Source of the DNA: Planctomycetota bacterium
GTDB lineage: Bacteria > Planctomycetota > SZUA-567 > H5-PLA8
Direction of reading: 5' to 3'
DNA: 64,000 nt
NCBI GenBank assembly: GCA_045863855.1
Contig: BTVV01000011.1
Span: 1 to 64,000, forward strand
In this document: positions 27,200 to 37,584 of the stretch, piece by piece
Position numbering within the stretch: position 1 is the first letter of the stretch
Layout of the letters: every line of letters begins with the position of its first letter
Position numbers and translations under genes: made by a program
The notes under the pieces: model-generated
What the model was told of the DNA's origin: nothing
What the model saw: only the letters and a program-made list of their open reading frames with translations
Databases searched by the model: none

Positions 27200-27772
27200 A
27201 TGCTCGCCAGCCACGACATCGCTTACAAGGAATGGGCTTCGGTCACGGAAGCGCTCGCGCGCGGGCAGTTCGTAATGAGCCTGCGCAAAGGCGGCATTCA
27301 CGAGAAGCGCGGCGAGTTTAACGTCGAACACCGCGAGTTTTTCCTCTTTCCCACCTATTTGCATCAGCGCGAGAGCGATCTTGTGCCGGAGGTGCTTCCG
27401 CTGCTGGAAGCCACGCGCGCCGCCGCGCTGCCCGAGGGCCAGGTGCCGATCCGTTACTACGTCACGGTGACCGATGCGGTGTACGTCGAGAGCCTGGAGC
27501 ACGCGCACGCGCTGGAGGGGCTGCATCCGTTCACGCGCGCGGGCGTCGAGATGCGCTTTCACTACAAGAAGCCTGGGCTTTGGGCCATTGTGCAGCGGCT
27601 TTACAGGCTGCCCGAGGTCTTCGTGATTCCCGACGAGCGCGTGTACGCGGGCTGCCGGAGTTGGGTGCCGCTGAAGGAGAAGCTCGCGACGGCCGGCGCC
27701 GTAGCGGTGCTGGACGACGCGGCGTTCGCGGCGCGCTCCGCTCCGATTCTGGACGCCTTGCGCGTATCTTAG
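27200..27772 (+). CDS. DUF1802 family protein
   Basis: AYKEWA..LRKGGIHE..FFLFPTYLHQ..YAGCRSWV. Confidence 0.88.
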   Translation: MLASHDIAYKEWASVTEALARGQFVMSLRKGGIHEKRGEFNVEHREFFLFPTYLHQRESDLVPEVLPLLEATRAAALPEGQVPIRYYVTVTDAVYVESLEHAHALEGLHPFTRAGVEMRFHYKKPGLWAIVQRLYRLPEVFVIPDERVYAGCRSWVPLKEKLATAGAVAVLDDAAFAARSAPILDALRVS

Positions 27773-27896
27773 GGATCGAGCGCTATTTCGGCGTGCGATC
27801 GGGCTTCCCGCTCGTTCCCTTCGCGCATCGGTTTACGGCATTGACGGGCAACGCGGAATTACAGACCATCGTAGGCCGGTCCCGGGGACAGGCGCC

Positions 27897-28982
27897 ATGA
27901 ATAAGAAGGAACTGGCAGCGTATCTGGCGCGGCGCAGCGGATTGGCGGCCAGCGTCTGCGAGGCGCTGCTGACGGAATCGGTGGCCGGGATTCTGGAGAC
28001 GCTGGCACGCGGCGAGAACGTGCGAATCGACGGATTGGGTACGTTCGGCATGGGCGCGCCCGACGATTCGGGCCGTCGGCTGCGCTTCGAACCGGCGGAC
28101 GAGGCGCTGCAGGTGCTCAAGCGCGGCTTCGAACGCGTCAGCAAGACCGAGGTGCTGACCGGCGGACCCGAGGCGCGCGCCGAAGCCGAGGACATGCAGC
28201 CGGTCTCGCCGGAAGAAGCGGCCAACGAGTTGGAGGCGCTCTTCAACACCGACGTGGATCACTCGCCGCATCCGTACCGCGAATCGGGTTCGGCCCCGGC
28301 CGTGGCCGCCAAGGCCGAAGCGCCCGCCGCGGCGCCCGAACTCAAGCCGGCGAAAGCCGAAAGCGCCGACGACGATTCGCCCACCGCCTTGAGTTCCTTC
28401 GCGCGGGACGTGCTGGAACTGGGCGCCGAGGAGCTGGCCCGCGGGCTGGGGCTGGCCGCTTCGACCAGTCCGGTGGGCCAAGGCCGCCGCCTGACCTTTC
28501 CGGTGCAGATCAACCCGCAGGCCAAGGAGCACAGCCAGCGGCTTTGGCGGCCGGTGGACGGCGACGAGCGGCGCAGCTTCAAGGATCTGACGCTCAAGAA
28601 CTTCTTCCTGAGCCTGGGCAGCGTGGTGCGCGAGAAGGCCACCCGCGAGCCGCTGATCGTCTTCGATGTGGAGGAGGAGCGCACCGCCGAAGGCGAGCGC
28701 TACATCATCAAGCTGCTGCGCGTGGCGGGTTCGCAGCCTCCGCCGCCGGGCGGCGCGGGACCTTCGACGGCTCACCGCTTCAAGTACATGACCGTGGACT
28801 TCGACTGGAACCGCCACGAACCGCTGATGGTGATCGACGAACGGGTCGGGCCGCGCGTGCATGCCTTCGACGTAGGCACGTGGCGCGATACCAACCGGCA
28901 TCAGCGCGCGGAAGTGATATTGGCCACCGAGTACGAGACGTACATCTCGCGGCGCAGCGGGCTCTACAAGACTTCGCCCTGA
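27897..28982 (+). CDS. HU/IHF-domain fusion protein with unknown C-terminal domain
   Basis: MNKKELAAYLA..LARGENVRIDGLGTF..RLRFEP, then acidic/Ala linker and about 170-aa globular domain. Confidence 0.7.
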   Translation: MNKKELAAYLARRSGLAASVCEALLTESVAGILETLARGENVRIDGLGTFGMGAPDDSGRRLRFEPADEALQVLKRGFERVSKTEVLTGGPEARAEAEDMQPVSPEEAANELEALFNTDVDHSPHPYRESGSAPAVAAKAEAPAAAPELKPAKAESADDDSPTALSSFARDVLELGAEELARGLGLAASTSPVGQGRRLTFPVQINPQAKEHSQRLWRPVDGDERRSFKDLTLKNFFLSLGSVVREKATREPLIVFDVEEERTAEGERYIIKLLRVAGSQPPPPGGAGPSTAHRFKYMTVDFDWNRHEPLMVIDERVGPRVHAFDVGTWRDTNRHQRAEVILATEYETYISRRSGLYKTSP

Positions 28983-28998
28983 AGCGCCGGACAAGTCC

Positions 28999-30810
28999 TT
29001 ATTTAGCGGCCTTCTCGAGCTTCTTGCGTTCGGCTTCCATGCGCTTCTTGAGCTGGAGCCATTTGGCGGCGTTGCGCCCGTACTTCTGTCCGGTGTGGAA
29101 TTCGAGGAATTCCACGGTGGCCGACGCGAGTCCTTCGTCGTTGCCCTTCAAGAGCGGCGCGAGGTCGGCAATGGCGTCTTCGAGACTGGCCTTGCCTTCG
29201 CGCAGCCCCAGGACGCGCGTCAGCGCCAGGCGCGCGCGTTCGGCCACGGGACCGTCGGGGTGCGCCGAGTGGCGGATCAGCGTGGGCAGGGCGGCCAATG
29301 CTTCGGCGTTGAGCTGCCTGGCGCCCAGGAATTCGAAAAGTTCCAGCGCCTTGCGCAGGACGACGGGCGGCGGTTCCTTGACCTCGAGCAGGAAGTCGCG
29401 GACGGCCTCGCGCCCTTCGACGCGGGGATCGCGCAGGAGCTTCTCGGCGGCATCGGCCGAAAGAATGCGGCGGGTGCGGTCGAACTCCGCGCAGCTTACA
29501 CCTTGCGCGCGGCTTTCGATCCAAAGCAAGTCGGCGGCGAGGCCGGCCCAGATTTCGCGGGCCGCCAGCGGACCGATATCCCCGGCGATGCGCACGGCGG
29601 CGGACTGCACGGCTTCGAGATCGGCCTCCAGGAAGGTGGGGCCGAAGCCGCCTTCGGGCGCCAATCGGACCAGCGCGACAATGGCCTCGACGAACTCGAG
29701 CCGGCGCTGAACCACAGTGCGCAGCGCCGCGGCTTGGGCCTGCGCTTGGGCCAGTTCCTGGCGGTTAAACTGAATCTGATCGACGAGCCGGACTTGGACG
29801 GCTTTCTCGTCGGCGCTTTGCTTCGCCAGTTCGTTCAGCTTGGCCTGATACGTCTCCACATTGCGCTGCGTGCGCTGCAGATCGCCCAGGAGCAGCCGGG
29901 AACTGGAGTCCGCGTTGAAACCGAGCTTGGGGCGCCAGTGTTCCTTCCACAACTGATCGAGACCGGCCAGGAGTTCGTTGGGCGCCGGCGGATTCGCGCC
30001 GCCGGGCAGTTCCAGCATCGTAACGAGCCGCCCGTAGAGGCTGCTGGACGCCGCGGGGCCAGCGTCGGCGACACGCAGCGAGGTGTTTTCTTCGGGTGAG
30101 TCGTCGTAGGTGATCGCCTGGACATTTTCGTGGTATAGGAAGCCGCGGAACCAGCGCGAAAGATCCTGCTTGGGGTTGCGCGCGAGCGCGATCGCCTGCA
30201 TCGATTCGAGTTTTCCGTTCAGGCCGCCGACGCCGGTCTGGAATCCAAAGAACGAGTCGGGTCCGTTGCGCAAGGCGGGGCCGGCTTCGGACGGCGTCTG
30301 AGGCGCGCCGGTATCGGGCATCCCTTGGGTGGGCGTGGGCGTCTCGGACGCCGGATCGGCAATCTTCAGGCCGGGATCGACGGGCGGGTCCGTAGATTCC
30401 GGTTCGGGCGGAGGGGGCGTTTCTTCGCGCTCGATTCGGCCGCGCTCGACCTGCCGTCCGGTTTTGGAATCGACTTCGCCGTACGTGCCGTACTCTTTGC
30501 CGTACTTCTTTTTGTATTCCGCCAGTTCTTGCTCGTACTGCCGGTAAGCGGGCGAGGAGGCGTAGCGTTCGACCTCTTTGTAGCGTGGGTCGGTGGGAGA
30601 AACTTTGGAGACCACATACTGAACCGGAGGATGCGAACCGCCGCAGGTGGAATAATAGGCTTCGGCCACACCCGGCGGAGGCGGGGGCGGCTCGGGCGGC
30701 GGTGGGACGCCATCGACGGCCGATGCGGCGGCCGTCGGAGTGCTGGCCAAAAGGGCATAGGCCAAGCCCATACTGGCGCCGAACCCAAGTCGCATCAAGC
30801 CTTTAGGCAT
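28999..30810 (-). CDS. Secreted hypothetical protein: Pro-rich region, coiled coil, C-terminal HEAT-like repeats
   Basis: Signal-like N-terminus, PPPPEPPPPPP, heptad segment, LPTLIRHS..VAERARLALTRV..LEFHTGQKYG..W. Confidence 0.65.
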   Translation of the reverse strand: MPKGLMRLGFGASMGLAYALLASTPTAAASAVDGVPPPPEPPPPPPGVAEAYYSTCGGSHPPVQYVVSKVSPTDPRYKEVERYASSPAYRQYEQELAEYKKKYGKEYGTYGEVDSKTGRQVERGRIEREETPPPPEPESTDPPVDPGLKIADPASETPTPTQGMPDTGAPQTPSEAGPALRNGPDSFFGFQTGVGGLNGKLESMQAIALARNPKQDLSRWFRGFLYHENVQAITYDDSPEENTSLRVADAGPAASSSLYGRLVTMLELPGGANPPAPNELLAGLDQLWKEHWRPKLGFNADSSSRLLLGDLQRTQRNVETYQAKLNELAKQSADEKAVQVRLVDQIQFNRQELAQAQAQAAALRTVVQRRLEFVEAIVALVRLAPEGGFGPTFLEADLEAVQSAAVRIAGDIGPLAAREIWAGLAADLLWIESRAQGVSCAEFDRTRRILSADAAEKLLRDPRVEGREAVRDFLLEVKEPPPVVLRKALELFEFLGARQLNAEALAALPTLIRHSAHPDGPVAERARLALTRVLGLREGKASLEDAIADLAPLLKGNDEGLASATVEFLEFHTGQKYGRNAAKWLQLKKRMEAERKKLEKAAK

Positions 30811-30895
30811 TTCTCGACTCCTTGCCGATACCACCTGCGCGGCACAGACGCTAACAAGCTACCGGCTGTTAGCGTGATTTCTCGCTCCTGTCCGA

Positions 30896-32620
30896 TTACC
30901 GCACCTCGGCCCCGGACTTGTAAGGCTTGTCCAACTCCAGGACTTGCTGGTAGCCGACCGTGTACAGGCGGTCCATCTCGTCCTTGATGCTCCCGCCCAC
31001 GCGCTTCAAGCGCCGCTCGATCAAATCGTGAATCCCGGCCACCTGCTTGAACTCGTCCCGGCCGAAGAGAATCACGTTCTCCATCGCCTTGCGCGCGCGG
31101 TAGCGGACCCAGTCGTTCTCGTCCTTCAGGAGTTTCACCAGCGCGGGCATGGCGTTGCGGCTTTTCAGGATGCCCAGCGAGAGCGCCGCTTCGCCAACGA
31201 CCTCGTACTCGCGGTCGTTGAGCGCCTCGATCAGGCCGGATTCGGTGTCGCCGCCCGGAAAGCGCGCCAGTGCGATGGCGGCTTTCTGGCGCACGAACGG
31301 GCTCGCGTCGCGCAGGGCTTCCAACAGCAATCGGCGGCTGGCCTCCAAGGGCGGATGCGACAACAGTGCGCGAACGATCTCGGCGCGAATGAAATCGTTC
31401 TGCTTGCCCTTCGAGAGCCGGAAGCGTTCGATCAGGAACGGGACCATGCGCGGATCTTTGCGGTAGCCCAAGGCGTTGATTGCGTTCATCGCAACGACGG
31501 GAAAGGGCGTGGTGCCGATGACCTGATGCAGGCATTTTAGGTCGTCGTCGGTCTGGCATTGGCCCAAGGCGACGGCGGCATACGCGAGCGTGCCGATCGC
31601 CGCGCGGTCGTGCTGCTGGAGCAACAGGTCGCGCAGGTACTCGGAGCCTTCCTTCTGTTTGCCGAGGTTCATCAGCGCCACGGCGGCGTTGGCGCGGCTG
31701 AAGGCGGCGCGCCCTTCGTCGCGCATAACTTTTTCCACGCCCGCGGCGGCGCTGCGGTCGTTCAGCCACGAAAGCACCAGCGCGGTGGTGCCGGCCAAGT
31801 CGTCGTCGACCGAATCCAGCAGATCGTGGAGTTCCTGGCCCGTGCCTTCCTTGCGTTGCAGTCCGAAGCCCTGCACGACCATGCGGTCCGCCAGGCTATC
31901 GTGGTGCGGGGGGGCGAGCTTCAAATACTTCAGCAGCGCCGCGCGCGAACGGTCGTCGGGGATCATGCCCAGCGCCAGCGCCACCGTGCCGCGGAAGGGG
32001 CTTTTTTCCTGCGGGTCGCAGAGCACCTTCTCGAAGCCGGCGATGGAGGGCAGGTCTTTGCGTACGCCTAGCGCCAGCGCGGCGGCGCGCCGTATGAAGG
32101 AAGATTCCTCGGGATCCAGGAATATCTTGCGCAGCGGTTCCAGCGCCTGGTTGCCGGGATCTGAAACCTTGCCCAGCGATAAGGCGGCGTTCGCGCGCAC
32201 GTAGGACCATTCGGGCTGCGCCTTCAACATGGCCGGCGAAACCGGTTTCAGGCACTTCAGGAGGTACGGGATGCTCTGGTCGTTGATCAGCTTGCCCAGC
32301 ACGAGACAAGTGTTCCAATGGACAATGGGGAGCTGGTCTTTAAGGCTGCCTTCGTCGGCTGCGGCGACGATGGCCGGGATCGCCTGATCGCCCAGCGAGG
32401 TCAGGTTGTTGCGGATGCGTTCGGTATCGTCGGGGTTCGCGGCGTAGCGGAGTTTGCGCATCCAGTAGCGTGCGCGTTCATGGATCTCTTCGGTGCTGAT
32501 CGGCGGAAGCGGCGGGCCTTGGCCGGCCGCGCCGGCTTGCAACGGGCTGCCGGCCAGCCCCACCACTAATAAGGCTAGAACGAACGGGCCTGGGTTCATG
32601 TAAACGGTTCGATCGGACAT
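30896..32620 (-). CDS. Secreted HEAT/PBS-repeat protein
   Basis: Signal peptide; many repeats of VRANAALSLG / IRRAAALALG / VRQKAAIALA type. Confidence 0.85.
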   Translation of the reverse strand: MSDRTVYMNPGPFVLALLVVGLAGSPLQAGAAGQGPPLPPISTEEIHERARYWMRKLRYAANPDDTERIRNNLTSLGDQAIPAIVAAADEGSLKDQLPIVHWNTCLVLGKLINDQSIPYLLKCLKPVSPAMLKAQPEWSYVRANAALSLGKVSDPGNQALEPLRKIFLDPEESSFIRRAAALALGVRKDLPSIAGFEKVLCDPQEKSPFRGTVALALGMIPDDRSRAALLKYLKLAPPHHDSLADRMVVQGFGLQRKEGTGQELHDLLDSVDDDLAGTTALVLSWLNDRSAAAGVEKVMRDEGRAAFSRANAAVALMNLGKQKEGSEYLRDLLLQQHDRAAIGTLAYAAVALGQCQTDDDLKCLHQVIGTTPFPVVAMNAINALGYRKDPRMVPFLIERFRLSKGKQNDFIRAEIVRALLSHPPLEASRRLLLEALRDASPFVRQKAAIALARFPGGDTESGLIEALNDREYEVVGEAALSLGILKSRNAMPALVKLLKDENDWVRYRARKAMENVILFGRDEFKQVAGIHDLIERRLKRVGGSIKDEMDRLYTVGYQQVLELDKPYKSGAEVR

Positions 32621-32861
32621 ATTCGCAGCACTCGGTAACCTGGAACTGAGACGACCGATCCGAAGTCCATAGACCGAACTAACTCAATAATGATAGACCC
32701 AAATTCACATTTTCACACCCTTTCAAGGAAGCTTCGCCCGGCGTGCAAGCCCTGTATGCCGGGCAATTCGTCAATCACGTTGCAAGTGCGTGCTCGACTG
32801 CACGTTAAATCTCGTGTAAAACCCACCTTCTGATCGCTGTGCACTTCGGGGGATCGTCACC

Positions 32862-35195
32862 GTGGCCTTACCTTCGCGCAGGAATCCCCGTCGGAACGCC
32901 GACGGAGGCGCCGCTACGTCTACGGACTCGAACCGGCAGGGCAAGCCTGCACCAGGTGCAAAGCCGGGTTCTCAGCCCGCTGAGGGCCGAGCTACCCCCG
33001 TGGCCAGTCCGGCCGCAGCGCCTAAGGTCACGAGCGTGCGAACCAGCGCGACCAGTTCCCGCGGTTCGAAGTTCGTACGCAAGGGGCAGGAACCCTCCCG
33101 CGCGGGCATTCCCGCCGTCAAGCGCGCCGCCGACGAAGAGCCGAAGCTCGGCGCGGAAGACCTCGTCGAAGCCGAGGAACTGGTCGATAAGCTCAACGCC
33201 CAATCCGAAGTGGAATCGCTGATCGAGGATCTGCCGGACGAGGAATTGGAGAAGGTCGCTGCGGCGGAAGAGAAGAAGGAAGCCAAAGCCTCGGCATCGC
33301 GGGGCAAGGTGGTCCCGGCTAAGCGCGATAAAGACAAGAAGAGCGCCGTAAGCAAGCCGGCGGCTAAAGAGAAGCCGGACGAAGACGAAGAAGCTGAAGA
33401 AGACGCGGACGGCGAGGACAGTCCGAGCAGCCGCCGGCAACGCCGCGCCGACCTTTCGAATCGCAAGCTGGCTACCGCTTCGCGCCGCCTCAAAAAGGAA
33501 GACGCGGACGACAAGGAAGAGGACGAAGCAGAGGCGAAAGACAGTGCTTCGAGCCGCCGATCGCGCCGCGCCAGCGCCGCGGGATCGTCGCGCGGGTCGC
33601 GCCGGTCGGTGCGCGAGCAGAAGCCCAGCGGGCCGCTTTTGTCCAAGAAGGCCATGGTGGGTATTGGGGCGGTGGTGGTGCTGATACTCGGCGGCGCGAT
33701 CGCCTACAAGCCGGTCATGAAGAGCATGCTCATCTCGAAGCTGGATACGGGCGAAAGCCTGGACGTTCGCAAGAAGGCCGCCGCGGATCTCTTCGCATGG
33801 TTGGGTGCGGGCTCGTTGGGCACTTTTATGGACAGGCTGCGCGGCAGCTACGAAGCCGATACCTATGCAGCGGCAGCCCACGGTTTGGAACTGGCCGCGC
33901 GCGGCGGGAAGAAGGAAGTGCGCAGCGAGGCGCTCAATTACGTGAAGGAAGTCTTCGCCTCGGCTCCCGATGAAGGCAAGCTGGCGCTGGTGCAGACGCT
34001 TCCCGGCGTGGCCGAATTCTTCGCCGGGCAGACGGACAAGGACGGCAAGTTCACGGCCGAATCGAAGGAAGCGATGCACGGGCTGGCCCTCGTCGCGCTC
34101 CCGCTGGTGGGGGAGGCCGGGGCGGCCGACACGCCGTTGCGCCTGGCGGCGTTGCAGGCGTCCAGCAAGCTCGTCGCGCCCGGCGTCTGCGCGAAACTGA
34201 TCCAGATCGCCAAGACCGAAAAGGGCGAGACGCGCAACCTCTCGCTGGCCGGCATCCCCGCCACCGCGCTGCCCGATGCCTGCGGCGATCTGCTGCGCAA
34301 CATGACCGATAAGGAAGACACGGCGCTGGCGAAGGCCTGCGTCCAGGGCTTCAGCAAGGTCCGCGACGAAGCGCCGACGGGCGATCTGCTGCCCGTGCTG
34401 AAGGAAAACGATCCGCAGGTGCGACTCGAGATTATTTCGGCGCTCTCCAAACGCACAGGCGACGCGGCGGCGAAGCAGGCTGTCCTTGGCGCGCTGAACG
34501 ATCCGTCGAAGGACGTCCGCGTGGTGGTGGTGAAGACGGTGCCGGCTTTGGGGCTCCCTCCGGAAGCTCTGAAAGCGCTGGAGCCGCGCATCACCGACGA
34601 GTCCGAAGAAGTCCGGCTCGCCACGGCCGAGACCATCAAGGGCTTGGGCGACGACGTGACTTGGGGCTTGCTGCTGGGGTGCTTCAAGAAAGGACTCTCG
34701 GGCAAGACGCTGGCGGCTTTCGCGGACGCATTGGGTTCGCGCGGGCGCTCGTACAACAAGAAAAAGCAGAGCAAGGACCGCCAGGCGTTGACGATCGGCA
34801 TGGAACTGCTGTCCAGCCACTCGGATCTGGGCAAGAAGGCGCTGGTGCAACTCACCATGGAAGGCGGCGGCGCCAAGCGCGAGCAGGAGCGTTCGCAGTG
34901 GGATGTGGGGCGCTGGAACGAATGGTATCAACATCTGCAGAAACGCGACCAGCTTGAGGCTCAGGCCATGACGATCCTCAACGAGGCGCGCCAGTACGCG
35001 GACATGAAATTCAAGAGCGAGTTCCCGAAGTGGGGCAAGAAGGCCGAGGAGGGCGTGACGATCCTCGAGAAGGCGGCCGAAATGTGCGAGCCCGACGATG
35101 GCGAGGATAAGTGGCAGTTCGATAAGAAGGTTCAGGAGTACGAGCAGCTCAAGTATCACTTCTTCAAGAATCAGTCGCTGGATCTGGCGCGCTAG
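32862..35195 (+). CDS. Single-pass membrane protein: charged disordered N-terminus, TM, HEAT repeats
   Basis: About 260 aa S/R/K/E low-complexity region, TM (AMVGIGAVVVLILGGAIAY), HEAT repeats (NDPQVRLEIISAL, ESEEVRLATAETI). Confidence 0.75.
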   Translation: MALPSRRNPRRNADGGAATSTDSNRQGKPAPGAKPGSQPAEGRATPVASPAAAPKVTSVRTSATSSRGSKFVRKGQEPSRAGIPAVKRAADEEPKLGAEDLVEAEELVDKLNAQSEVESLIEDLPDEELEKVAAAEEKKEAKASASRGKVVPAKRDKDKKSAVSKPAAKEKPDEDEEAEEDADGEDSPSSRRQRRADLSNRKLATASRRLKKEDADDKEEDEAEAKDSASSRRSRRASAAGSSRGSRRSVREQKPSGPLLSKKAMVGIGAVVVLILGGAIAYKPVMKSMLISKLDTGESLDVRKKAAADLFAWLGAGSLGTFMDRLRGSYEADTYAAAAHGLELAARGGKKEVRSEALNYVKEVFASAPDEGKLALVQTLPGVAEFFAGQTDKDGKFTAESKEAMHGLALVALPLVGEAGAADTPLRLAALQASSKLVAPGVCAKLIQIAKTEKGETRNLSLAGIPATALPDACGDLLRNMTDKEDTALAKACVQGFSKVRDEAPTGDLLPVLKENDPQVRLEIISALSKRTGDAAAKQAVLGALNDPSKDVRVVVVKTVPALGLPPEALKALEPRITDESEEVRLATAETIKGLGDDVTWGLLLGCFKKGLSGKTLAAFADALGSRGRSYNKKKQSKDRQALTIGMELLSSHSDLGKKALVQLTMEGGGAKREQERSQWDVGRWNEWYQHLQKRDQLEAQAMTILNEARQYADMKFKSEFPKWGKKAEEGVTILEKAAEMCEPDDGEDKWQFDKKVQEYEQLKYHFFKNQSLDLAR

Positions 35196-35390
35196 AATCG
35201 CGCGCCGCTGTGCGGATGAGGTGTTGGCGCACATGTGCGTCGTCCTTGCGAATTTCAAGCCTGGTTTCCCCTTCAAATCGATTGCGACGATTCACGGCTT
35301 CGCTAGGATGAGGCCGTGATCCGGATCTTGGAACTAATCAGCCACTGATGGTTGATCCGGATCGGAGTCTTCCAGTAGGGGAGGTCCGCC

Positions 35391-35603
35391 ATGCCGAGCG
35401 GAAAAGTGAAGTGGTTCAACGACCAGAAGGGCTTCGGATTCATTACGCCCGACGACGGTGGCAGGGACCTGTTCGTCCACCACACCGCGATCGAAGCCGA
35501 AGGATTCCGCACCCTCGCCGAAGGTCAGGCGGTCGAGTATGAAATCGAACAGTCCGACAAGGGCCCCAAGGCCACGAAGGTACGCTCGTCTTCCGCCCAA
35601 TAA
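35391..35603 (+). CDS. Cold-shock protein
   Basis: [24 protein letters not shown] (RNP1/RNP2). Confidence 0.96.
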   Translation: MPSGKVKWFNDQKGFGFITPDDGGRDLFVHHTAIEAEGFRTLAEGQAVEYEIEQSDKGPKATKVRSSSAQ

Positions 35604-35627
35604 CCCTCATCCCGACCGGACGTCGGC

Positions 35628-35662
35628 ACCGGCGAGGGCGACCCCCTCGCCGGTTTTCTTTT
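35628..35662 (+). terminator. Intrinsic terminator
   Basis: ACCGGCGAGGG..CCCTCGCCGGT followed by TTTCTTTT. Confidence 0.8.
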
Positions 35663-35756
35663 GCGAACCGGCAGGAATCGAACGTCCCTCCTCGGACATG
35701 AAGCGGTTAACATGGCGGCTGCGAAGTGGAGCGGGGCTGGACGGGAAGGAGCAGGC

Positions 35757-36392
35757 ATGAAGCGGATGCTGACGCAGTTCCTGGTGATCTGTTCGGTCGC
35801 GATGTTGGCGGCCTGTTCGTCGCAGGAAGCGGCGCCGCCGCGCGCCGAAGCCCCGGCCGAAGTCGCCAAGACCGAAGCCCCCGCCGCCGATACCCCCAAA
35901 AAGGAGTCTGCCGACGTGGCTCAGAAAAACGATCCGGCCGCCGACCCCGAGTGGGCCAAGTGGCGCGCCATCACCGACGAAGAATGGAAGAAGCGCCTGA
36001 CGCCCAAGCAATATGAGGTGCTGCGCACGCACGGCACCGAACGCGCCTGCACGGGCGCCTACTGGAACGAGAAGCGCGCCGGGACGTACGTCTGCGCCGG
36101 CTGCGACTTGCCGCTCTTCACGAGCGGGACGAAGTTCGATTCGAAGACGGGCTGGCCAAGCTTCTTCCAGCCGGTCAACGCCAAGCACGTCGAACAGGAT
36201 GTCGATTACAAACTCGGCTATGCGCGGAACGAGGTCCATTGCGCGCGCTGCAAGGGCCACTTGGGCCACGTCTTTACCGACGGCCCGCAACCGACGGGTT
36301 TGCGCTACTGCATCAATTCCGTCTCGGTGAAGCTGGTGCCCGAAGGCGCCAAGACGGGCGAAGCGGTGGGCGAGGGGAAGAAGTCGGAGTAG
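35757..36392 (+). CDS. msrB: Peptide methionine-R-sulfoxide reductase, lipoprotein
   Basis: GTERA, CAGC, KFDSKTGWPSF, CARC, HLGHVF, RYCINS; lipobox LAAC. Confidence 0.93.
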   Translation: MKRMLTQFLVICSVAMLAACSSQEAAPPRAEAPAEVAKTEAPAADTPKKESADVAQKNDPAADPEWAKWRAITDEEWKKRLTPKQYEVLRTHGTERACTGAYWNEKRAGTYVCAGCDLPLFTSGTKFDSKTGWPSFFQPVNAKHVEQDVDYKLGYARNEVHCARCKGHLGHVFTDGPQPTGLRYCINSVSVKLVPEGAKTGEAVGEGKKSE

Positions 36393-36545
36393 TCGTTCGA
36401 CCGGTTCGCCTGTCCCGTACCTCCTATCGTTTAATGCTATGGTGCACGCCGCGAACTTATGTTCGGTCGCGGCGTGCTTGGTTGCGATTCTCGTTGCCTA
36501 TTGTACTTATGGCCGGTATAATAAGCCTTACACGAGGAGATACGC

Positions 36546-37583
36546 ATGTCCGCGCGGATTCGAGTCGGCCAGATCGGGGTGGGGCACTTTGGCGGGTATC
36601 GGCGCCTGAAGATGCGCGAGACGGGGCTTTTCGAGCTGGCCGCCGCGTACGATCTGAACCCGGGGGCGCTCGAACAGGCGCGCAAGCAGGACGGCGCGCA
36701 GCCGGTCGGCTCGTACGAGGAACTGCTCGCCTTTCCGGGCCTCGAAGGGATCGTGATTTCGACGGGCGCGAAGTTCCACGCGGAGCATCTGATCGCCGCG
36801 CTGCAAGCCGGGAAGCACGTCTTCGTCGAAAAGCCGCTCTGTTCGACCTTGGACGAAGTGCGCGCGATCCGAGCGGCGGCGGCGGCAAGCGGGCGCGTCG
36901 TCGCGGTCGGGCACACCGATCACACGCGCGACGCGGAAACACAGGCGATTAAGAAGCTGATCGAATCCGGCCAGCTGGGCACGATCGCGACGTTCGAAAA
37001 GACCACCGCACACAGCGGCGGGCTGGTCATGCAGCCCGGCGACTGGCGCGCCGATCCGGAAAAAAATCCCGGCGGGATGCTCTTCCAGTGCGGCGTCCAC
37101 GGCGTTCACGAACTGCGCTACCTGTTCGGGCCGGTCACGCATGTCTCCGCGATGATGCGCTACGACGCGAACCCCGCCACGGGCACGGCGGATGTGGCGA
37201 TCTGCCACCTGCGCTTCGCGTCGGGCCTGATCGGCTCGCTGCACGCGTACCACGTGACCCCCTACCGGCACACCTTCAGCGTCTTCGGGACCCAAGGCAA
37301 CGTGTACCGCGACGCGCGCTCGTTCGACGAAGGCACGCGGCTGTGGCTGCAGGAGACGAAACTCGATCACGCGAAGGAGCCGCAGATTCCGGTTCCGCTC
37401 GAAGGCGCCGACGACGAATGCGGGAATTTGAAAAGCTGGGCGCATGCGATCCGCGAAGGCGGGACGCCGTATCCGAGCTTGGAAGACGGTATCGAAGCGT
37501 TGGCGGTGGTATTGGCCGCCGACGAGAGTGCGCGGACGGGGCGAGTCGTGGCTGTGCGGGAATTCATAAGCAGTAGTGAGTAA
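36546..37583 (+). CDS. Gfo/Idh/MocA family oxidoreductase
   Basis: IGVGHFG, AGKHVFVEKP, GGMLFQCGVH. Confidence 0.9.
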   Translation: MSARIRVGQIGVGHFGGYRRLKMRETGLFELAAAYDLNPGALEQARKQDGAQPVGSYEELLAFPGLEGIVISTGAKFHAEHLIAALQAGKHVFVEKPLCSTLDEVRAIRAAAAASGRVVAVGHTDHTRDAETQAIKKLIESGQLGTIATFEKTTAHSGGLVMQPGDWRADPEKNPGGMLFQCGVHGVHELRYLFGPVTHVSAMMRYDANPATGTADVAICHLRFASGLIGSLHAYHVTPYRHTFSVFGTQGNVYRDARSFDEGTRLWLQETKLDHAKEPQIPVPLEGADDECGNLKSWAHAIREGGTPYPSLEDGIEALAVVLAADESARTGRVVAVREFISSSE

Positions 37584-37584
37584 C

